From IMG/VR virus record IMGVR_UViG_3300031957_002643, positions 271,553 through 335,552 of that record: a stretch of DNA of 64,000 nucleotides; one strand, written 5' to 3'. Numbering within the stretch: the stretch's first letter is position 1; each line of letters begins with the position of its first letter. Made by a program: the position numbers and the translations under genes. The notes under the pieces are model-generated. The model had not been told where the DNA came from. It saw only the letters and a program-made list of their open reading frames with translations, and did no database searches. Shown here one piece after another: positions 25,234 through 33,829 of the stretch.

Positions 25234-25262
25234 TTGACTTATATCACTGGTACGTATATAAG
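25234..25262 (+). promoter_or_regulatory. Tandem promoter P1
   Basis: TTGACT-N17-TATAAG. Confidence 0.8.
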
Positions 25263-25321
25263 TAAGAACACAGTCGGCAACAAAGATCGACAAGAAAACT
25301 GACAAATACTGAAAAAACTTC

Positions 25322-25350
25322 TTGACTTTTGTTTGTGTGTCCTATATAAA
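25322..25350 (+). promoter_or_regulatory. Tandem promoter P2
   Basis: TTGACT-N17-TATAAA with an A-tract upstream. Confidence 0.8.
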
Positions 25351-25355
25351 GGTTA

Positions 25356-25377
25356 CAACGAAAGTTGCTCTTTGACA
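25356..25377 (+). promoter_or_regulatory. rrn-type antitermination signal (boxB-like GNRA hairpin plus boxA)
   Basis: CAAC-GAAA-GTTG hairpin overlapping TGCTCTTTGACA, 11/12 identical to E. coli rrn boxA TGCTCTTTAACA. Confidence 0.7.
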
Positions 25378-25746
25378 TTGTTGGGAAATAAGTGAGACGA
25401 ACCGATCTTCACGGGTCCATCGGACCTTTGATTAGCATGTATCTCTATTGTTCTGCCTTAACAGACCTGTTCTTTACCGGGCAGAATGGTGCGAAGACGA
25501 GAGTAGAGACTCGATCCTTAGACTTGATGTGGAGTTTGCAAGCTGCCACGAGATAAGGACAAACTCTGATGGCCCCTTGAAGGTCGGTTCGTTGGCAAAG
25601 CGTTGATCCGGGCGTGTAGATGGTGTGGACACCATACCGGATAACCCTTTAATAATCGCCTGACTTAAATATCGGGCTAACCCAGAAAGAAAACACTCCT
25701 AAAGAAATAAGGCGTAGTGTTCCTTCCGAGGCGATTAACAAGTTTT

Positions 25747-25822
25747 GCGGGATGATGGTGTAATGGAAACACGGTCTACAGTAGTAGGACATCTAGTAAG
25801 GTTCAATTCCTTACCCCTCGCA
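25747..25822 (+). other. Degenerate tRNA-like module
   Basis: D arm GTGT-AATGGAA-ACAC and T arm GTAAGG-TTCAATT-CCTTAC; imperfect acceptor and anticodon arms; no CCA. Confidence 0.55.
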
Positions 25823-26525
25823 TTTGAGAATTTGCATCTGACCCTGTTTTGGCTTGGTGACCGATAGCGCTAAGACCACCGCGTGTGGAGAAAAGGCGTG
25901 TGTAGGAGCTTCGTCTGAAACTGTGGCGACACGGCACTTTAAAGCCGGTGATGTAATGTGGATGGGCGTTTTTGGAAGCCACGATCCACCGCGTTGCAAC
26001 TGAGAGCACATAAAGCCGACAGTACATCGGTAAAAGTGCAGCCCCAAAGGCCACGGGGAACCGAAAACATCTTCCGCAACGGTTTCTATAAGATGTGATC
26101 GGGCAGCGCGTTAAATCTTTATCTAGTTGATAGACTAATTGAAAGAGTGAAAGTACTTTCGAGAAAGTGGAACCTCTGCATCGATGAACTCATCTGAAAT
26201 ACCAATTGTAACAATCGCAAATGCTATAAAAACCGTGAGCAAGGAGAATGGCCTTGACAGGCAATTGGTAGGAAGGATGTTTAGTAGTCGATATATGCGA
26301 AGCGAAGTGTAGAAGGTATGGAAACTTTAGTAAGGGGAAGTCGCCCGGACAGCAGTTGCGATTTAAACCGGGAAATATTGGTTCGATTCCAATGAAACTA
26401 GGCCTCATTTGTGCGAATGCACACAACATAATCCGTGAGCAAGTGCTGGTTCGGGACGTGATACTAGTTAGTCACTGAACCTGTAAAATAAAGGCACCGA
26501 TCCTTTCGAGGTGGACGCCACGACC

Positions 26526-26600
26526 TGACCGGCTGGTGTATGATAGGAAACACGCCCCTATTAACGGGGAATACGGTAGATGCAAGTTCTGCCCGGTCCA
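26526..26600 (+). other. Degenerate tRNA-like module
   Basis: GACCGG/CCGGTC acceptor, GTGT/ACAC D stem, CCCC-TATTAAC-GGGG arm and non-canonical T loop TGCAAGT. Confidence 0.55.
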
Positions 26601-28479
26601 ATAAATTCCTCTATCATGAGGATATGTAATTGCAGTAACGCCGATTATGGTGATCGAACCTTACTGTAATAAATCCCGTTCATACCGGGTAAAAGGCCTA
26701 ACCAGCCAGTATGACCGCATCGTGACTAGTGTAAAGCCCACATCTGATTCGAACGGGTGTGTGGATAAAAGAAGCACGTCCCTCTTCGATAGGGCAAGTG
26801 TCGGTTGCAAGTCCGCCGCACGATGCAACAGGTTTTGGTGAGCAGTTGGTTTTGAAACCTTCGGAATGCCGACAGTCGTAGTAGCGCACGGCCACCACAT
26901 TTGTTCTACTTAGGACCGACAAAACGATTGATCCCCATAATCTTTCGTACAAAACGGTCGCCTACTGATGGAGTAGGAGAATTCGGATCATGAAGCCCAC
27001 GAAAAGGGTGGATTGTTTCGGAGTATAGCAATCCGGGGCTTGATCTCTCCGGGGAACAATAGACTGGTGTGGAAATGCAGATATCTCAGCAGGGGACATC
27101 AATGCGCCATGTAAAAGGATGCGCGCTCCTGACCAGTTGAGTTCCGAATTAAAACCATCGTTCGCCAGATGCATATGGCCAATCTTGGGAGAACACGTGC
27201 TGTGTCGCGGTGATTGCAGTAAATAATACGTGAGGTAAAAGTCCTAACAACGCCGCGTCGTTTCAAAGAATGCGGTTCCTAGCACATTTGTGGAGTGGAT
27301 AGGAGCAAAAGCCTGATGCCCATGACAAAGTTCTCTTTGCCCATCAGGAAATAGCATTTGGGGACTACCGGGAGAGTTCGGTGCTACATACGAGTCCAGA
27401 CCGTGATGGTATGTTTTCCGAGATAAGCAAAGAAAACATGAAGGCCTCCATCATGGAACAGCGTACAGATGTCCTTTTTGTCTAAATGGCAGGGTTGATG
27501 CTTATCGTCTAATGTCGTGGCCGATTAGGACCTGAAATCGTATGTATTCTCGTGACGATGATGTAACCGTTAAGACACATCTTCGTTTATTGCATGCACA
27601 ATGGTGGGAAGATCGGTTCTGTCAGACCGTGATTTGCCAGAGATGCTTGCTGCGAGAATGAAACTTGAAGTTCCTACATGCCCTGATGGCGAAGCCGGTA
27701 GGATTAAATTAGTTGGATGCGCTCAGCTTCAAGTTTCAAAGTTCCGCTAGTGCACATGCGGAAGCAAGTGTGTGAAGGTATCCGTCAAACGTAAAAGTTT
27801 TGGTCCCCTTCTGACCTGTATAAACTAAGACGCCAGAACACAACGTAACAGGAGTTGTTTTGGCCATGGGTTAGCTACCATGACTTTGAGCGTCACCACA
27901 CTTGCACAAGTTTTAGCTGCCACCATCGTATGGTTCGGACAGCCTATTGAATGAAATAGGAATAAGCAGTGATTGATCTGAAAGCCGTGATGATCAAATT
28001 AATAGAATCTGTGAACGAGTAAATGAAGCAAAAGTCATCAGGAGTGATCATTACTGGTGGTGAGTAGTGAAACTGAAAGGGAACAAGGAGATCAAGCAGG
28101 GAGCAGGTCCACAACCTTTAGGGCGTCCGTGGAATTAGAGGTTCGAGTCCTCTTTTGGTCTATATTCCGGTTGCCGGGAATGAAATACTCGCCCCTGTTG
28201 TAAAGGGAAATGAGATAGCTGATCGCTTGATGCCTTGGCGGGTGGATGGTGTGATGTACGTGGCATTAAAGTTTCAGGACGTTCTTTTGTCGTTCTCTCC
28301 CCGATTAAAACGAGAGAACGTCCTGCATCCATATCAGGGAAAGGAGATCATAACCGGGTCGGTACAAAGGAATGATCTCTGGTAGTGAGGATGGTAGTCC
28401 GATTAACCCCATGGACATTGCCCCCTGATCGTTATAACTCACTTATTTTCCAACAATGCATTCCTAGAGGAATAAACCA

Positions 28480-28884
28480 ATGGACATCTGGATCAAACAC
28501 GACCTTTCACATGCACGTATCAAAAAGACCGAATCTTGGAATTATGAACAGGATTGCGTTAATGGTATGTTGACGCCCGGTGATACTTTGTACGGTGTTC
28601 AACTTATTACATACGCATATGATTCATTTGGAAAATCAAAAGAGCCATCAAAAACATGGCTTTATTTGACTGGTGATCCTACCGATCTTCTTGACTTAAT
28701 CGATGAGATCGATGAATATCTGTCTTCTTATTCCGAAGATGAGTTGAACCAATCCCAATTCGAGTATATCAATCTTGAAACTAAAAAGTTCAAGTTTCGC
28801 GATTCGGATAGATATATTGGAGATTTCAAGGGATGGGGCACATCGTATGATTCTGTGAATATAAAGATTATCCCCGTTCTATAA
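28480..28884 (+). CDS. Hypothetical protein
   Basis: 134 aa; GAGGA SD. Confidence 0.7.
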   Translation: MDIWIKHDLSHARIKKTESWNYEQDCVNGMLTPGDTLYGVQLITYAYDSFGKSKEPSKTWLYLTGDPTDLLDLIDEIDEYLSSYSEDELNQSQFEYINLETKKFKFRDSDRYIGDFKGWGTSYDSVNIKIIPVL

Positions 28885-29010
28885 GAGACCCCTGATCACA
28901 CATCCTTGGCTCTGGTGATTTGGGTGTAACACCAAGGACAGCCCCCTTCGAGGGCTGTATGCAATCATATAATATTGACCGTATCAAGATTGGCCAACCA
29001 GTTAGATGCA

Positions 29011-29040
29011 GAAAAGGGCCGGGTTATCCCAGCCCTTTTC
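29011..29040. terminator. Bidirectional terminator
   Basis: GAAAAGGGC/GCCCTTTTC between convergent genes. Confidence 0.7.
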
Positions 29041-29041
29041 A

Positions 29042-29521
29042 TTATTGTACAAATTCGGAATTATAAGATGTGACAGTTTGCTTACCGTACTGATTGATTG
29101 ATCTGTCATCATAGCAATCGATGACCTGCTTAACTCGGTTTCTGGCATCGCCGTTATGTGTATCATCATACAATTTGAATTTAATACCCATGGCGGATTT
29201 CAATTCCAATGCACCGGTTGTTAACTCGTCGATACTTTTAGTGACTTCCACTCTTCCAGAGTCAATATATTTCGATGCAGACATTGATGCGTTCAAATCA
29301 TGAAGCGTCTTGAGGGCATCATCAGAAGTTTCTAGAATTGCAGTGATCGTGTTATCAAATTGTTCATTGTGAGCACGAAGATGGTCTTCCCATTCATTAT
29401 TTCTTTGTTTGAGATTTTCGATGGATTCGTTGATTTTGATTTCTTCAGCAGACAATTCTGGTTCTGGTTTGGAGAACCATCCGGTGACTGCATTCCATAA
29501 ATGAGACAATGGATTTTTCAT
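29042..29521 (-). CDS. Hypothetical coiled-coil protein
   Basis: Start MKNPL after AAGGA. Confidence 0.7.
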   Translation of the reverse strand: MKNPLSHLWNAVTGWFSKPEPELSAEEIKINESIENLKQRNNEWEDHLRAHNEQFDNTITAILETSDDALKTLHDLNASMSASKYIDSGRVEVTKSIDELTTGALELKSAMGIKFKLYDDTHNGDARNRVKQVIDCYDDRSINQYGKQTVTSYNSEFVQ

Positions 29522-29585
29522 TTTGGTTTCCTTTTGAATTTGCACTTTACATCATATGATATTTGGTATAAGTAATAAGCACAAC

Positions 29586-29661
29586 GCGGGTGTAGCTTAG
29601 TGGCTAAAGCGTCTGGTTGCCATCCAGAAGATCGCGGGTTCGAATCCCGCCATCCGCTCCA
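29586..29661 (+). tRNA. trnG: tRNA-Gly (GCC)
   Basis: GCGGGTG/CATCCGC acceptor, CTGG-TTGCCAT-CCAG, encoded CCA. Confidence 0.93.
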
Positions 29662-29670
29662 TTTTCAAAA

Positions 29671-30222
29671 TTATCGTAGTACAGATCGAGTAAGCATGAT
29701 GTTGCTTACTTTCTTTTTGATTTCTTCAACGCCATCTTCATTCCCCTCAATTTCTTCATAGGTGATTTCGTAATCATCGAGCATGGTCTTGATGGTGGTA
29801 TCGATTTCAACAGATTCTTTGAGCGAATGAACTCGACCTTTTGGATTGAATTTTTTCTGTCTGTTCAAAAAGAAATTCACATTATCATGCTGATCAAATT
29901 GCCAACGAACCAGTTCATCGAATGATTCTGGATAATGCTCGCCTCTGTAAATTGAACAGAGTAACAGTGGACTATCAGTGATCACTGCGTCCACTTTGTC
30001 TTTCAATATTTCAATTCTATTGGTTTGCTTCCCTAGCAAATAAATTTGATTCCCAAGAGTCTGATTGCGTTCTTCCCAAACCAATTCTTTGGCGTATTCA
30101 GTAACCAATTCAACATTATACCCTTTTTGTTTGAGGGAACCAAATAGAAGGGCGGCAGTTGTTGATTTTCCACATCCGGGTCCACCGAAAAAATTAATGA
30201 CGAGAGGTTTCTTGAAGATCAT
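29671..30222 (-). CDS. NadR-like AAA_28 P-loop kinase/ATPase
   Basis: INFFGGPGCGKST, VTEYAKELVWE and ITDSPLLL. Confidence 0.85.
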   Translation of the reverse strand: MIFKKPLVINFFGGPGCGKSTTAALLFGSLKQKGYNVELVTEYAKELVWEERNQTLGNQIYLLGKQTNRIEILKDKVDAVITDSPLLLCSIYRGEHYPESFDELVRWQFDQHDNVNFFLNRQKKFNPKGRVHSLKESVEIDTTIKTMLDDYEITYEEIEGNEDGVEEIKKKVSNIMLTRSVLR

Positions 30223-30341
30223 TGGGATAGTTGCTCCTATTTTCTTTAGAATATGACATGAAAAAACTTTTGCATGCGCTCTAAGTAATATTTGTGAAGG
30301 GCATAAATATACCTGTCACAAATAAATGGAGCGACGATAAT

Positions 30342-30590
30342 ATGAGTGCTGATACTAAAGAAGCAACCCAAACAGAAACACCAGAAGTCTCTGCACCGCA
30401 AGTGCAAGAAGAGACGGCAAATAAACCGCTTGAAGATTTGGTGGTTAGAGATGGAATCATCATGTTGCAGCTTGTTGATAGGCTGTTCCAACGTGGTGCG
30501 GTCCAAGGCCGCGAAGCTCTTCCAGTCGGTATTCTCCGTCAGAAGATTGCTGAATCGCTTGCTAAGCAAGGCGTTTCGGAACAACAATAA
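30342..30590 (+). CDS. Hypothetical protein
   Basis: ATG after a late-promoter motif and GGAG. Confidence 0.7.
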   Translation: MSADTKEATQTETPEVSAPQVQEETANKPLEDLVVRDGIIMLQLVDRLFQRGAVQGREALPVGILRQKIAESLAKQGVSEQQ

Positions 30591-30600
30591 GGATATTGAT

Positions 30601-31479
30601 ATGAGACATTTTGGAGATCATGATGGCGATCCGTGCCTTCTACTCGGATATAGAGCAGACAGCGGTAACCTTTTGCTCATACATTTAGATGATATTGCTG
30701 ATGGTGCCGAAACCGATGCGTTGGTGAATTTCCTTCAACGATATCGTAATAGTAATGATAGTTTGGCGGGAATTATTTCTTCCCATCAAGAATTGTTTAT
30801 GGGTTATCCATCGTTGACGCTTTATTATGCTAGTAAGCGAGGCCATGATGGACAAGCATCTGCATTGCGACAAATCCCAGAATTCTATGTGAAAATGTAT
30901 GATCGTCAGCAGGCGGAAAGCTGGACTGGATCAGCAGCACGTTATTCAAATGCTGTGAAGTCACATAGATTCATTGATCGTCTTAATGGATCAATGGGAA
31001 TCCCGCCAGCCCAACCACAACAGGATTTTCCTGAGACGGTTCAAACGGGTCAACCTTCAACAGTTGCAGAAGGGGATGCCGCATTGGAATATTTGCGTGC
31101 ACAGGGGCTTCCTATTCCTGATGCATTTCGTGAACAGACAGTTGACACTGCGGTAGTCGAAGATACTCATGAAACACCTGATCTTCCAGAAGCCGCAACT
31201 ACTGGTCAAATGTCTTTGGCTACTGAATACGTATCAGAGCCAGTAAATACCAATATGGATAACGAATTAAGCCTAAAGATGCTATCCGCATTGGAACGTA
31301 TCTCTGATCAGATCGCAGAACAAAATGGTAATTTCAAACGTGTGTTCAAACGCATGGATGATGTTGATACCTCTTTGCGTAGTGCTGCACGCAGCCTAGA
31401 CAAAGCTGGATTTGATAAACCAGACACGCCTCCTACTCCTGCACAGAGAAAGAAGGCAAAGAGTGAAGCAAACAACTAA
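30601..31479 (+). CDS. Hypothetical protein
   Basis: AAGGA SD before MRHFGD. Confidence 0.75.
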   Translation: MRHFGDHDGDPCLLLGYRADSGNLLLIHLDDIADGAETDALVNFLQRYRNSNDSLAGIISSHQELFMGYPSLTLYYASKRGHDGQASALRQIPEFYVKMYDRQQAESWTGSAARYSNAVKSHRFIDRLNGSMGIPPAQPQQDFPETVQTGQPSTVAEGDAALEYLRAQGLPIPDAFREQTVDTAVVEDTHETPDLPEAATTGQMSLATEYVSEPVNTNMDNELSLKMLSALERISDQIAEQNGNFKRVFKRMDDVDTSLRSAARSLDKAGFDKPDTPPTPAQRKKAKSEANN

Positions 31480-31501
31480 CAGTCGTGCCGCTCCGCTCGA
31501 C

Positions 31502-31876
31502 ATGGAGCTTCCTATCCAAGCTGAATATGGCGAGGACGGGAAGCTCCATCTTCATATAAACGCGGATGTAGTCATTCATTATCATGGTGATAAAGCAGAG
31601 ACTGTTGATGGGTCTGTAGCTGAATTCGTACAAGGTGATAGTTTTGTCGTCACCAAAGGATCACACCATACTAATCCATGGGGTGCAGAATTTTACGATC
31701 AGGTCATCGAGAAAATTCTATCAGATGAAAATCTCAGAGAAGTCATGGAAGCAAAGCTTCTGATGGAACGAGATCACAAACGTCAAATAAATAGACATAT
31801 AAGAAAGCAAGAATTGAAACAAAAGCTTGCTAAGAGAAATATTAATCACAGAAGAAGGAAGTGTTGTTGTGGCTAG
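31502..31876 (+). CDS. Hypothetical protein
   Basis: ATG start MELPIQAE; basic C-terminus. Confidence 0.65.
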   Translation: MELPIQAEYGEDGKLHLHINADVVIHYHGDKAETVDGSVAEFVQGDSFVVTKGSHHTNPWGAEFYDQVIEKILSDENLREVMEAKLLMERDHKRQINRHIRKQELKQKLAKRNINHRRRKCCCG

Positions 31877-32231
31877 TGATAGTGAAAAGTTGGATAAAAT
31901 TATTGATCTTCTGACGCAGTTGGTTAATGCGACAACCAATCCGTCAAATATTGTTGTACAAGAGCGCCCTTGGTCATTCCGTCTTTTACAGGAACTTGCT
32001 ACTGGTGAGGATCAAGATGATAATGGAATGGTCTATGGTCATGATTTTGTTTTCAATCATGTGACCGAATGGCATCCGCCAGCACTTCAAGCATCTGCTT
32101 CCAATCTGAAAAAGTCCTTTAAAGGAAAGTCTATTAGCTTTTTGGATTACGCCAAGTCTCTAAAGCCGACTGATGAAAAGAAGGGTGCGATCTTGGATTA
32201 CATTGAGAAGAAACAACAGTTGAATGGTTGA
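31869..32231 (+). CDS. Hypothetical protein
   Basis: GTG start after AAGGAAG. Confidence 0.65.
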   Translation: MASDSEKLDKIIDLLTQLVNATTNPSNIVVQERPWSFRLLQELATGEDQDDNGMVYGHDFVFNHVTEWHPPALQASASNLKKSFKGKSISFLDYAKSLKPTDEKKGAILDYIEKKQQLNG

Positions 32232-32644
32232 TGTCCAACGTAGCCTTTGTCACTTCCCAAAACACAATATTCTTTGGATGCACACCAGACCAAGCGATTG
32301 AAGGATCACCAGACACCTTTGTGAATGGCCTTCAAGTGCACCGCAAACAGGACCTTTGGTCGGTGCACGTGTGTAATCATGGAAACAGTTATGATGCATA
32401 TCTTCAAGAAGGTGCACCGACTCATTTCACAAATTCATTGAATACGGGAAGAGTCGGTGATCCGGTTCTTAGATACAGGCAAGTTGCCGGAACACAACCA
32501 TATCGAACCGGCACTGCATTTGTATCAACAGGATCGCCAGATACGTTCATCGGTGGCAATGCCGGTGGTGGTGTGGGTGATCCGTTTTTCCGTGCCGGTT
32601 CTGCTAGAGCAGGCCAGAAGCTTTATACTATTTTTGGTTCTTAA
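32231..32644 (+). CDS. PAAR-repeat spike tip protein (gp5.4-like)
   Basis: GSPDTFVNG..VHR..D...H.C and GRVGDP...GSPDTFIGG repeats. Confidence 0.85.
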   Translation: MSNVAFVTSQNTIFFGCTPDQAIEGSPDTFVNGLQVHRKQDLWSVHVCNHGNSYDAYLQEGAPTHFTNSLNTGRVGDPVLRYRQVAGTQPYRTGTAFVSTGSPDTFIGGNAGGGVGDPFFRAGSARAGQKLYTIFGS

Positions 32645-32898
32645 TAGAGAGCGAATGCAAACTGGCGAGAGCCATTCATTGCACTCTTGATGACTGAGAA
32701 CGGCCCAATCACCAATGATACCACAAACAGCTTGGCGCGAATGGTCACCGGTTTATCTCTGAGTTCTTCTTGGAACTCTTTGCTGACATGTTGATCGGGA
32801 TAAAGGCGATACATTCCGAGATACCAGAAGTATTCGATAATACCAAACATGATCCAGAGAAGACCTAATGCATAACTTGGGTTGTCAATCATATCCAA
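32641..32898 (-). CDS. Small membrane protein
   Basis: Two hydrophobic segments; overlapping operon. Confidence 0.6.
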   Translation of the reverse strand: MDMIDNPSYALGLLWIMFGIIEYFWYLGMYRLYPDQHVSKEFQEELRDKPVTIRAKLFVVSLVIGPFSVIKSAMNGSRQFAFALY

Positions 32899-33140
32899 AA
32901 CCTTAGTTTACCAGAGCAACAGATTTGAACTAATGCCCTTAAAGGTACTATAACACAATAACATAAGACATGCAAGCGTATTTTTATTGGTGCGTAATAA
33001 GCGAACAGCCTATCATGCGGCGACACCATATGTGAAGATGGAAATTTAAACTGCCCCATGTATAACGAATACGTTATAACTGTTAACGAAATCCACAGAC
33101 CAATCAACCACCAGCCCATTTGCCACCCATGTTCAACCAA
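32889..33140 (-). CDS. Small membrane protein
   Basis: Hydrophobic; CTAAATA upstream. Confidence 0.5.
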   Translation of the reverse strand: MVEHGWQMGWWLIGLWISLTVITYSLYMGQFKFPSSHMVSPHDRLFAYYAPIKIRLHVLCYCVIVPLRALVQICCSGKLRFWI

Positions 33141-33150
33141 AAGTATTTAG

Positions 33151-33432
33151 TTAAACAGTGGCATTCGGCATCATGTTTTCCAATTGTGTTAGTAACTCAA
33201 TAGCGCGTTCCTTGTTTGCCTCATCGGCTTTAGCATTATTGCGAATCAAGTTCCTAGTTTCGATCAGATTTTTATGGGTGAAACCTGTATCGAGTGATGC
33301 AGCGAAGCCAACGACAGGATCGCCAATTTTGATCCCGCCGTTGGACTTCGAAATTTTCCGAACCATTTTGAAGAATTCATCCTGTGGAAACTCATCTTTC
33401 GGAGTCAGGATGTAAAGAATTTCTTTTTTCAT
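33151..33432 (-). CDS. Hypothetical protein
   Basis: 93 aa; ATGA-type overlap. Confidence 0.65.
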   Translation of the reverse strand: MKKEILYILTPKDEFPQDEFFKMVRKISKSNGGIKIGDPVVGFAASLDTGFTHKNLIETRNLIRNNAKADEANKERAIELLTQLENMMPNATV

Positions 33433-33707
33433 TCTTCAGTGTTCGAACCCGTGCTGTCGATATTGATTTGTTGGAATTCTCGTCCGACCATGCCAAACAT
33501 GATTGCAAAACAGAGCGCAACGAGTGACAGGAATGATAGGGTAGCGAAGAGAGGCCCAACAATCCACAAACCTGCGAACAGCGCAGAGAGCAGGGTGAAA
33601 CCAATAAACAAGATAGCAGTATTGATGATGGGGCGACGTACAATAAGATTGTAAATTCTCGCACCAGCATCAAAGATAGTTTCAAGCCATTTTTCAACTT
33701 CATTCAT
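33429..33707 (-). CDS. Membrane protein
   Basis: Two TM segments; GGAG SD. Confidence 0.65.
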   Translation of the reverse strand: MNEVEKWLETIFDAGARIYNLIVRRPIINTAILFIGFTLLSALFAGLWIVGPLFATLSFLSLVALCFAIMFGMVGREFQQINIDSTGSNTEE

Positions 33708-33829
33708 AATGACGATCTCCGTGATTTGCGTCGTTGAATAGTTATTACAAAAAAATCCTTAAGTCAAGCATAAAAGCCTGTCAATTGTAGCGATAAATAT
33801 TTCTAAAGAAATAGGAAACAAATCACCTC

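Larger units (their letters stand above)
25352..28440 (+). ncRNA. Candidate giant structured ncRNA or ncRNA operon (about 3.1 kb)
   Basis: No ORF over 85 aa in a gene-dense genome; many nested stems, GNRA/UUCG loops, T-loop hairpins and tRNA-like modules. Confidence 0.75.

Noticed and set aside
26526-26600. Ochre suppressor tRNA (TTA at the anticodon position)
   Set aside because: A33 instead of U33, non-canonical T loop and no CCA. Genes ending in TAA show no sign of recoding.
25803-27174. Short ORFs of 64-84 aa listed in the ORF track
   Set aside because: Mutually overlapping, mostly non-ATG or without SD, with unnatural composition.
25352-28440. Possibility that the ORF-free region is an rRNA gene (length is similar to 23S)
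   Set aside because: I found no universal 16S or 23S motifs (sarcin-ricin loop AGTACGAGAGGAC, GTGCCAGCAGCCGCGG, peptidyl-transferase loop).
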